Source: Tubiluchus corallicola (taxonomy: Eukaryota > Animalia > Priapulida). From it: DNA of 64,000 bases. The stretch is from positions 806,001-870,000 of the forward strand of contig JAQGDQ010000010.1 of the NCBI GenBank assembly GCA_030141605.1, written 5' to 3'. The notes under the pieces are model-generated. The model had not been told where the DNA came from. It saw only the letters and a list, made by a program, of their open reading frames with translations, and did not search any database. Within the stretch, counting starts at the first letter, position 1. Each line of letters starts with the position of its first letter. Shown here one piece after another: positions 11,449 to 37,600 of this stretch. The translations under genes were made by a program, and so were the position numbers.

Positions 11449-13962
11449 AATGGTGATGATGACGGTGATGAGGGCAACAAGAGCAGCAAGCATGAACTAA
11501 CATACAACAGGAATAACAACAAGATCAGTAACAACAATAATAGCAGCAAAGACAATGACAACGTCAACAAAAACAAAACAACAATAGCCACGGTAACAAA
11601 ACGGCAAAAGTAACAATAGTGACATGATAAACAAATGAAAAATGCAACAATATGAGTCTCTTTAACTTGTTCGAGTAGGTTATATAAACTATATTTTCAT
11701 ACTACCAAACTTTCCGAGTACTAAACTTTCCTTTCCCAGTATCAAACTAGTTCCGTAGCATTTTTACCTTGCACAATATTTACTTGTACCAAAAATGCCT
11801 GATAAAACTTCGTTAGTGCCATATTTACCAGTACCATATTTTCTCTGTACCCACTTTTTCAGACTGCCAAAATTACCGCCTACCAAACATCAAAATTTCC
11901 TCGTACCAAAATGACCAGTTCCAAACTTACCTGTACCAAACTTACTAATACCAAACTTACCGCGCACCATTACGACATGCGCTTTACGGAAAATGGAAGA
12001 CGCCTTATGGCTTGCGGATTATGGACTAGGGCTTGCTCCTTACGGCTTTTTCTATGTGACACGAGCCCAAGCATGAACCCAGCCGAAATCGGCATCAGCG
12101 TGCAGCATGAACATCATTTTGTTACATAATCGTATTCAAGGGATGCGTACAAGCACACGCCACACGCACACTCAATTCGAAAGCTTTATTAGATATTATA
12201 TCGTTTGCTGTTCGTATTGAGGTTCCCTTGCAAATGTCAGAGGACAGATTGTAAATCTAGAAGGGCAAATTTGCTGAGCGAATGTTCCTTTGTTGAAAGT
12301 TCGATGAGTTGCCATCGTGCAGACTGTGGTCATTCTTAAGTTTCATGCAATCGGTAATAGGCACAGCGAACTGCATGTATGGCAGTGCTGGTACAGAAAT
12401 TTCAAGTTTGCGAAGCTAGCTAGATAGTGAAATGTAGTAGAAAGGTGCTCCATGGGAGAAATTGCAACGCGCATTAAGGTATCTTTTTTCGCTATGCAAT
12501 GTGTCACTAGTGCCAAAAATTCGTTTAATGACTGGATGTTCATTTTTAGACGTTGAATTCTTCAGGGTCATTTTAGTATAACTCTTAATAATTTGCGCTG
12601 TGTAAATTTTGCTCTTTGTAGTCTTTATAGGTCCTCTTTGTAGGTTCCAATTTTTGACCATTTGTTCCGGTTTTTCTTTTTTAATGCATTAGCACGCATT
12701 GCATTATTGTTAAGACTAATTGTTAAAGAAAATATTAAAGTAAATTGTTAAGTAGTTTAAAATAAGGAAACAAACAAATATATCTGCAAAGAAGATAGAC
12801 CTCGATTTTTTTATTGAGAACTTTGCATATTTTAAAAATGTATGAGCTAATGTGTGCTTTTGAGAATAAAAATGTTGAACTACTTTTGTTGTCTTTATTG
12901 GCTGCATATTTACCGAGTTGAAAATTGCTGCAATATTTTTTTCAAAACATGCTATCCCGAGTTTACTCTTTTTAATAGCAAAGCCCTGTCAAAGCTTTCT
13001 GACACTTCTCCTGACACTCTTGCTCCTCCCTCCCCCATAGTAAAAATATGCTTAACTTTACCTCTTACGCTTGAGCGAAATTTAATGGGTGTCTTTGAAT
13101 AATAACTCTTTTTTGGTTGCAAGGCAAAGGCACTCTTTAAGCAGACCAGTCGCTCAAGAGGTATAAATGTATAGCATAAATGTCAGTTTATGGAGGTGCT
13201 TAAGGACGCTCCAGCACGATAAAGGCATGTCAAATACTATTCAGCTTGAAACGTGGTTTTCCGCCTTATTTCGCTTATTTATGAAGTTAAATTATACTTA
13301 AATGCGTTTTTCTACTTATTGCTTTGCGTTTCTTTAAACTCTTTGTTTCTTTGCTGAAAGTGTTACCAAATCTTCCTTGTTCGTTTCTTTCTATTTGTTT
13401 CTCTCGGCTCCTTTTTCATTTCTTCTCTTTCCTCCTATCCTGTTCTTTCTTGCTTTTTCTTTTTCCTCGGCCCACCTTCTTCACAATTTCTTTATTTTAC
13501 CTGGTTTCTTTCTTTCTACCTGGTTTCCTGTAACTTCCTGCGCGTTATTGAAGTAACTAAATTTCGTTGATCCACTGATATTCCTGCAATTAGCAACTAT
13601 ATTTTTGGAAATAGCGATATTTTCTCCAATATTTTGCTTAAGGCATTGTTATTGATAAGTTTGTTTTTAATAAATATAATTCTAATTAATCAAGCAAAAA
13701 ATTTTGATTTTCTCTTTCAGACATGGATACCAGGGAAATTAACAAGGAAAATTATCAGCTGCAAATCGAGTTGCACAAACTGATTAAAAAATATTTCGTT
13801 CTTCGATCAATAGTAATGGAGCTGGATGAAGATTACGAGGATTCTAAAGATTATCCGATAATCCCTCGATATTCAATGATTAAAAACATGATTAAGGAGG
13901 TTATGAGGAATCCAGAGTTTATTAGCATAGTTCAGGAGGAAACAATGTCAGGTCCAACTTGA
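2308..13962 (+). CDS. Uncharacterised protein with two internal copies of a ~60-aa helical module (5'-partial, spliced)
   Basis: Exons 2308-2492 (ttttag|CT..GAG|gtaggc), 4932-5097 (ttgcag|TTA..AAAG|gtgagg) and 13721-13962 (ctttcag|AC..TGA) join in frame: xDLSREQAIVTNTKLW..RYLQMKRAIKE|LLSVDETIMSHTK..EERYK|DMDTREINKENYQL..RYSMIKNMIKEV..SGPT*. Alternative model: two tandem paralogues, the second starting at ATG 4956 (127 aa). Upstream exon(s) not identified. Confidence 0.7.
3190..3270 (-). pseudogene. Degenerate 5S rRNA-derived sequence (5S pseudogene or SINE3-like)
   Basis: Plus strand gtcacgtatcca..caggccgggcggtgcttaact..ggggaccaccgtgct resembles the reverse complement of the 5S internal region. 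A second, weaker copy lies at ~8930-8990. Confidence 0.35.
8048..8148. repeat. (AAC)n/(AAT)n microsatellite
   Basis: Direct reading. Confidence 0.95.
10213..11968. mobile_element. Non-autonomous foldback/MULE-like DNA element with long sub-repeated TIRs and 8-bp TSD
   Basis: Left arm ~10213-10510 is built of ~15-bp units (ggtaaatttggtac-like); right arm ~11700-11968 is the reverse complement (gtaccaaacttacc-like). The identical 8-mer ATTACGAC flanks both ends (10205-10212, 11969-11976). Interior is low-complexity trinucleotide DNA with no transposase. Confidence 0.75.
10960..11610. repeat. Compound trinucleotide low-complexity tract (ATC/AAC/GAC/GAT)n
   Basis: Long (GAT)n core at 11343-11460 within degenerate triplet DNA, inside the foldback element. 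Confidence 0.9.
12343..12543 (-). mobile_element. Decayed PIF/Harbinger transposase (HARBI1/ALP1-like) fragment
   Basis: Translation EFLALVTHCIAKKDTLMRVAISPMEHLSTTFHYLAS matches the Harbinger nuclease N-terminal pattern I.K.DT.MR.AI.P.ERL..TLR.LA. No DDE core follows. Confidence 0.65.
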
Positions 13963-15377
13963 ATTTTGTGTGATGGATGCTGTTGCTTGATTCTAGGCTA
14001 TAAAGTGGCGTATCTGGTGGCATTTCCATCAGAAAGAGTGACCGGACTACACTGGTGCACTGCAACCCAAAGCCAAGAGCCATGTATAGCTGGTATACCT
14101 TAATAAGCTGGCAAATAATTTATCATTATTGCGTGAGGTTTTTTATGTCTAATAGGAACGTGGTCAAATTGTTATTAAATTATCTATAATATTTATCAAC
14201 AACTACGTTGCGATCTTCATTAGTTATAGTAAATGTATTATTACGTAATAACGTGTTAGATTGTTATAATATTAAACCACCTTGCATAAATAATTTTGAA
14301 TTAGTTGTGGTCTATGTCTATGAAGTGGAAATGTCTATAGAGTTACACACACCTGCGTTTTTAACACTGATTGTATTTGTACGGTTTCTGCGCATGCGTA
14401 TCTCGACTTCTCAAACTTTTTTAAAGTTAGAGACAAAAAAAATACAACGACAACTGTTTAATTGTATTTGCTGTTTAGTGCTTATGTTTAGTGTCACAAG
14501 CTGCTGTTATTTTGTTAAATGCCAATGTGGCTTCTTGCCGCAACAATAAATTTTAGTGCATGGTAAATAAAGAAAAGATTTATTCTACAATTCTGTATGT
14601 ACAAACTTAGGCTTGTCGCTAGTGCAGGGGCACTAGAAAGTGTTTTTTGTGAGTGTATGTTTTTGATTTACGTATGTATGGAAAATGGTGGCACTTGTGA
14701 AATTAATGACGGTTTACATAAAATTTTCAGGCAGTGTTGATAATTTCAAATTCATTTATTATAATTCATCTTTGCGCCTGAGGCATGACGCTGTAAATAG
14801 TTAATTCCAGCTTTAACTTGTAATCAAGTTTTGTTTTTTACTTATTGTCACAATGCAATGTTTATCTGTAAACGTAAATAAAACTCTAAAATTCCGTTTC
14901 AGAAGTTCTATATTTAAGCTAGTTTTCAACTCAGTTACATTGCCAAGAATGAACCACTTATAAGTCACCAAGGTATAATATAAGACGTGGTGCTGAACGC
15001 TCATTTATTTGAATGGCAAGTGTTTAGTGCACAACGACTTCTAAATACGCAAATTTTTTCTATAAACTTGCAACAGCAACAGCAAATTAATTTGGATGAA
15101 ATAACTGAGCTTTAATCTCTTAATACATGTGCTACGCCTGTGATTACAAAAAACCATGACCAATTCAAATAAAAATAAGTTAGTACTGAAAGATATAACT
15201 ATAGGGTTTAAACTACGACTGTGTTTACTGTACTTGTTTTAGCTTGATTTGCTTGCAACAATTAAAAAGTACAAATACATTTTCTGCATCTGTTGTTACA
15301 CAAGTCGTGCCACTTATAAACTGAAGGAATACAACTTTTGTATCTGTTACTATAAAAGTCGTGCACTTGTAAACAAA

Positions 15378-31018
<15,641 letters not shown>

Positions 31019-32895
31019 TTGGTCACGGTACTTGAATTTCAGTCCAATATCAAGCTGCAGAGCTTGCTTATTAATCCCAAAATGTAGCAGCAGGATCGAG
31101 TATTCCTAGAATGTTTACTATTTTATAAACACACTCGCTTTGAATTGCCATTAACACAACCATTTTGTTCAAATTTATATGCAGGACCTAATTATTGTGC
31201 TGGAATACATGAGCAATACTGTACGACACCACTAACGCCTGTTGAACAGTAGATGGAGGACCATAATTAAGCACGTCTAACTGAGCCTGCTTAAGGCCCG
31301 TCCTCCATACTTGGTGACGTCATTATTGTGATGTCACTGTAACTACCCGATAGTGAGCAAAGAAGAGTAAAAACGACGAAAGATCTATCATAATACGTTG
31401 TAATGATTTTAAATAGGAAGGTTGCATTGGATTTGCACTAAGATTATCTCAAGAGTCTCATCTTCGAATAGGATTCCGTAAAACTCCTGAAACCACAACT
31501 CTAGATTTGGGTGATGATGCATCGTGGGCAGTGGGCGGGGGTCGCGTGGCATTAACTGGTGGGATGTGCCATGTTTTAGGACGTAGCAGCACCTAGACAC
31601 AAAAAAGGGTACTGGTTGAAATAGTTATGCTTGAAAAGTAATATCCAGAATTGCTAGAAATTATCAATGCAAAAGTAAGAGTAAGATAAAATGATACTAG
31701 CGTTTCTAATAATGGCGACTAATTCCGATTCCGGGAAAGTCTTAAATGCTGCGAATCAAATTAATTTATTACTAAATACATAAGATGATGTTAAAAACAA
31801 CAAGCGAAAGGTTTTGGGCAGTTTCGCTTAAATGCAAAACCATCTTCAGGTAAGCGAAAGATAAACAGGTACGACAATTCAACAGACTTTTTCAACAAAT
31901 TCGCTACGACACCACTTAAACTTACAAACTTAACCACTTATAGGTCATCAACTTTTTTGGTCGCCAAACCGTCTAGTAACTTTGGTTGCCTTGCCCCTTA
32001 CTAATTTTATAAATTACGTTCAAATCTGCCACCTTCCTAGCTTTTGAATTCTCAGTAGAATAAGGCCCTACAAAACAGACTGCTTCTGTAGAAGAAGCTT
32101 TTGTAAAAGTTTGTGGCTAAAATTTACAATTCCCCCCCCCACACACACACACACAAATTCTTTCGTGAAGCAGGTTAGGGTTAGAGTTAAAATTAGGGTC
32201 AGGTTACGGTTGGGTTTGGGTTTACCTTTATGGAAGAGTATTTAAATTGCGTAGAGAATTGTAAACTCCTTCTAAGTTTATTTTTGCATCAACCTGTGCA
32301 TTTGATGAAAATTTATGAGTTTTAGCCTATATTTAATATAAGCCATGAATCAGATGTCATTTTACGTTTTTTGCGCAGTGTTGCCGGCCTATGATTGCCT
32401 CACATGGTATCAACAGTCTAATTTAGAAGTAGAAAGGCTCTGAAAAATTGTGATCCAATCACTTGCTCTAGCCCTGTAAGCTATCAGCCTCCGTGGCCAA
32501 AGCAGGTTTGAATGCTCATATTAGTCAGCACTAACACCTATCTATTAGAAATTAATTACTATTTAATAAGGTCTTAGCGTGAAAGCACTACCTAAGAAAA
32601 ATGTCGCTAAAACTTTTTGCGTGTACAAATTTTAAAAATTGTCGTCTTTTTCTCACTATATTTTTGGTGAAAATTCCAATTAACGCCGTTATCACAGGAA
32701 AGGATTGTATTGTTTTTTTACGAAGTACGTAACTGTATTTACGACATTTTATTGTATAAGCCATTGAAAGTAATGTACTTAAATGTGCGCTTTCTAAAAT
32801 ACATGTTATTTTTGTATTTCATTTTAACTTCGGTAATCAATTTATTTCGTCATGAACGCGGTAATCACAGCCTGATTCGCCAATGTGATTATTCT

Positions 32896-32896
<1 letters not shown>

Positions 32897-32947
<51 letters not shown>

Positions 32948-33253
32948 TGAGTCAATGTGAGTGGTTATCGCGTTTATTATCTTTTGTGCAAACGGTATAA
33001 TCTAGAGGTAGCGACCGTAGCGCATCCCCTTTCCGTCCGGGAAGTCGTGAGTTTGATACTGCGGCCGCGTTATACCAAAGACTTTAAACAAGATAGCTGC
33101 TGTTGCCCAGTCTGGCGCGTGGTATTTAGCGTGTAATGTAGCCTAGTCGGCAAAAAACTATTTGAGTTTATGTTACTTGTTTATCTAAATGCCGATTTAA
33201 GATAAAGATTATTATTATTATTATTATTACTATTATTATTATTATTATTATTA

Positions 33254-33293
<40 letters not shown>

Positions 33294-33296
33294 TAC

Positions 33297-33348
<52 letters not shown>
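32897..33348. repeat. (TAA)n at 32897-32946 and (ATT)n at 33208-33348
   Basis: Direct reading; the two tracts flank the SINE remnant. Confidence 0.9.
32990..33135 (+). mobile_element. tRNA-derived SINE remnant with conserved-core-like central block
   Basis: Degenerate B-box (GAGTTTGATACT) followed by TTATACCAAAGACTTTAAACAAGATAGCTGCTGTTGCCCAGTCTGGCGC, which I recall as resembling the MetaSINE-type core (unverified). Flanked by (TAA)n and (ATT)n tracts. Confidence 0.5.
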
Positions 33349-33350
<2 letters not shown>

Positions 33351-33799
33351 AACACGGTACCAAGTTAACCTCCTATGAGATATGCACACCTGCACCGTGC
33401 TTGGTGTGCAATTTTTCCACTGGTAAAAGACGATCAGTCTTCGTTAACCTTATTATTTTTAACGGCTATCGTGGCAGAATTTGTGGATTTATGCTTTTTG
33501 AGAATATAGGTATTTGTTAATATAATTTTTCGTTATTAATTTTAGTGGTTATTACTGAATCACGTTTACTTATTTTGCCATGACATTTAAACGGTGTGCA
33601 GATTAACTTGCTATTCAAGACTTCTGTAGGGATAGGACACCATAATGAAAATACCGTTTGGAAAAGTTCTTCTTACTTTTTTGTACAATAAAGTACGTAC
33701 AGCTCCTTTTGTTTAATATTTTTATACCACCATGGTTAAGACTGGTTTACCATTTCACTTTTAACAGGGTTGGCTCTAAGTATGTTGACGCACTACGTT

Positions 33800-34100
33800 G
33801 GGGAATTTACCAAAGAAAGTAAGCACGGATGCGGTTAGAACTGGGAAAAACTGGGGAATTTACCAAAGAAAATAAAGACGCATGTAGTGCCGATATCATA
33901 AGCTTAAAAGGCGCTGTCATTCACACGTTATATTTGTGTGACTTTCAAAAATGGGAATCTACCAAAATTAACCATTGCAATGAATAGCATCCTGCTTCAC
34001 CTTTACTTCCTGGAAGAGCTAAGAACTAAATTGTCGTTTCGAGCTTCCCGGGCCATTTTACATGCTGATATATAAGTTTGGAAGCAACAAACTGTCATTC
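33800..34100 (+). promoter_or_regulatory. Putative core promoter of the collagen-like gene: three kB-like motifs, GAS-like site, TATA box, Inr
   Basis: GGGGAATTTACCAAA at 33800 and 33853, GGGAATCTACCAAA at 33953, TTCCTGGAA at 34007-34015, TATATAAG at 34069-34076 and TCATTC initiator at 34095-34100, at canonical TATA-Inr spacing. Confidence 0.5.
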
Positions 34101-34632
34101 GTTTGTAAGCGTTTTGTGAAGTTCAAAGCAGCCTGAGACAGATTTTATTTTGAATTTTTCTCGGAATATCTACGTTTATATTATAGTGCTAATAAAGTAA
34201 ACAAGACGCGATTTGAGGATGACCAAGTTGACGGTATAGTAACTGTAACTGCATTGTGCTTAATTTCTTGACTTTATGCAACACTTTCCGTTTTAGTGCG
34301 CATTCATGCAGTTCGCTTTCATGCATTAATCATGGATTTCCTTTAAAAACTAATTGATAAATATTGAGTGTCAATCTAATTTAGAACCTTTTAAATTTTG
34401 CAATAGTACAACAGTTCCTATTTAAGTATTTAATTTTAAACCTTTATCTTGTTGTTAAAGTTTCGTTTTCAGATATGATGTCTTTAGGTCGCGCCTCCAT
34501 CCATCACTCACTAACCCATCGTCTGAATTGCTGTTTCAATTAATGTTTCTGATTTTTCGTAGAATGTTATAACTCAGTGATATCTGCATAAAATTAAAAA
34601 TAGCCTAATAAGCTTAGCAATTGGTTACATAG

Positions 34633-37600
34633 ATGAAATCTGACAAAGAGCTGACCCATGGTCAAGACCTCCTTCCAGTTTCCACAAAGAATCGCAACTC
34701 GAATTTGGGGCAGTTGTTTCTAACAGTTCTAACAGTGATGCTTGTTGTTGCCTTGGGAGCATACTTCATATACGACCAGCATGTTATCAGAAAAGAGATT
34801 GATGAATTGCGTGTACAGATAGTTCAGTTACAAGAACAAAAGGTGAGAAAAATAGACACAATAACAATGACATTTGCGACGCACGTGATGATGACGACAT
34901 TTATGGTTGACCATTGATGACAGCTGACAATATTGAATAACGATGGCAAGTCTGGTAGCATGGTTTGGAACAACGACACCAAAAATGAAAAACAAGAAAA
35001 CAGATGAATGAAAAATGGAGAAATAAAATAGAAAAATGACTAGTTTCAAAATTCAAACAAATAAAAAATTAAATGTATTTAGTATTTCAAAAGCTCCTCA
35101 TTATTAAAATTTAATGAAATAGCAATTATAAGAGGCACATCGAAATTTTTCTACTAAATCTTTAAATCGTTAGCATTTTGGTAACATCAAACTTAGCTTC
35201 ATAAGTCTTTTGTGGCAATTTCAATTTACACTTACTGCGCCTCTTTTCTGCATATATTTATCAATGTCAGCGATTTTAGTATTCTGTTCTAGCGTTAACA
35301 AGGCAGCAGCAGAAAACAGTATAAAATCTAAAATGTAAATTTAAAAAATTCCCACTTTACGTGACAATCTGAACGTCGTTGGTCGATTAGCTGCAAAGAA
35401 AACTGAAAAAATTATAGTGACAATGAGAGATTTGAAACATCGAGTATAAGTCAAACGGCTTACAGTTGGTTTTTTAGTCACAATAACTAGTAATACTGTA
35501 ACTGATGCAAATTGAGTTTTGCAGATGTCTCATGCCGACTTTTGGTTCTTATTCATCCCTGACGTTAACGTTGAAGAAAATGAGTTGGTTTCAAACTCCA
35601 GTAGAATGAAACGAAATGCTGAAGAAATCGAAATAATACCAAAAGATATTTACGAAGGAATAATGAATAACCATCAGTCGTTAGCAGGTATACAACATTT
35701 TCATTCCACGTTCAATGTTTATACATCGTTCAGCAATTCTGGTTTTTGACTTAATAACATGTATAATCATGTTTTTATGCATATATCAGATATTCTTCGA
35801 GGGCCCCAGGGACCTCCAGGCCGGGATGGACGTGATGGAAGAGAAGGCCCTCCAGGGCCAGTGGGACCAATGGGTCCACAAGGACCCCAGGTAAGTACTG
35901 TACTTTGAAATCAGAAAATTGAAGTGCCATCATTTTTCACAAAAGTTGCAAAATCTGCATCGTCATCACTTCTATGTGGTAATGATGGTCCCATCGAAAT
36001 GGTATATGACTGATTTTTAAATGTACACGTAATCCCAGTGCTACGTACAAATTCTTGTTCTCCACTTTAAGGGGAAACAAGGACCACCAGGACCTGCTGG
36101 AAAAGTGGAGGACGGTGATGATGCTAGTTGGAAAACTCATGTAAATGAACATCAGCTAATCTCTGAAGAGGAGAAAAATCAATTGTTGCAGTCAGTTGAG
36201 TCGGCCATTTTGGAAAACTGTGAGATTTTAATTGCTTTAAAATATGACTTCGTGAAACTTGTTATAACTTAGATGGACTAGACTAAGTGGTAGTGGTAAT
36301 AACAGTAATGGAAGAAGTGCACGGTAATCTGTATAGTGATAGTGAAGGTGGCCACGGTGATGGAAGAAGTGGTGCATAAAGTGCACGGTAATCAAGATAG
36401 TGATAGTGAAGGTGGCAGTGGTTGTTGTAGAAGTAGTGGCAGTGATAATGATAGTGATAATGATAGAGGAAGAGGTAGCGGTTAATAGCATTAGTAAAAG
36501 CAGCAGTAGCATTACTGTCGTATTTTCTGTAACAGTAGGAGGCCTATGGGAACTGTAATGGAAGATAGTGGTCCCAGACACGTAATACTTTGTAGTATTA
36601 TGGAAATTCTCACATTAGTAAGCAATAAAAACAAACTCTCAGGTGTAAAAGAACATATTTTGTACATTGGTAAAGTTATAACCTGCATGGCGTATTAAAT
36701 ACGCCAAGATATGATTGTCTGATAATTTCATTTGCTTTGAAGAATTTCGTTTAGTAAAACAGTAGTAGAATTTCTGCCGATCGATGTAGTTATCTAGTGT
36801 ATTTTCCAGACGTACCTGCAGGCAAAGGCGGTGCAATGTATATCAGATGGGGAAGGACCACTTGTCCTGACACCGGGGCAGAGCTTGTGTATGAAGGTAA
36901 GAACAAGCGTAGTATTAAAATGCACAAAAATCATTGTATAAATAAAATATTTTACTCTGATCTGCTTCGTAACAGTTTTGACTTTCTAGTACACTTGCGG
37001 TGTTCTCACTTGTGAATCGTGCGCTAGATGGCGTGAAGTTTGCATTAACCTAATTATATTTATTTGCTGATTTCGCAATACATAATGCAAATAAAAGCAA
37101 TTGCGAAAATCAAGGGGAACACGAATGACATAAAAAAGTATTTACGCCATTTACAAACTTGAATGCGATTAAAACATAAAGAGTGAAACTGCTTAAATAT
37201 GTCTGTTAAGAATTTAGATAATTTAACTAATTATTGTAGCTTTTTGATAAAATGTGTCCATTGCGTGCATTTACCAATGACCAATGAATGGTTCATCATT
37301 TACACAAGAGGGAATGCATTCCATGTTTTGACCGAAAGGCTCTTATGAGACTAATTTTAGATAACTTAATCTGTCGGGGAATGTTGCACGTCTGGACGTT
37401 TTCAACCAAATATTATATCTTTCAAAAATATGGATTCCAAATAGGGCGTACCCTTACCAAAGGATTCGACCAAAGGGTGAACATAAGTTATATATATATA
37501 CAATTTGTTCGTACTCATGGTACAATCACATCAAATAAGCAAACAGATCATCAAGCGAAATAACATGAATTAACAAGATTAGTAGGCAATGTGAATATAT

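Noticed and set aside
10860-11613. Stack of overlapping poly-D/H/M/S/I ORFs
   Set aside because: Artefacts of (GAT)n/(AAC)n repeats inside a non-autonomous element.
14208-14549. 113-aa ORF between the two convergent 3' ends
   Set aside because: Non-ATG start, composition typical of AT-rich non-coding DNA, no motifs.
32172-32225. Interstitial telomere (TTAGGG-like)
   Set aside because: Only a few highly degenerate units; such tracts are common in invertebrate repeats and do not indicate a chromosome fusion.
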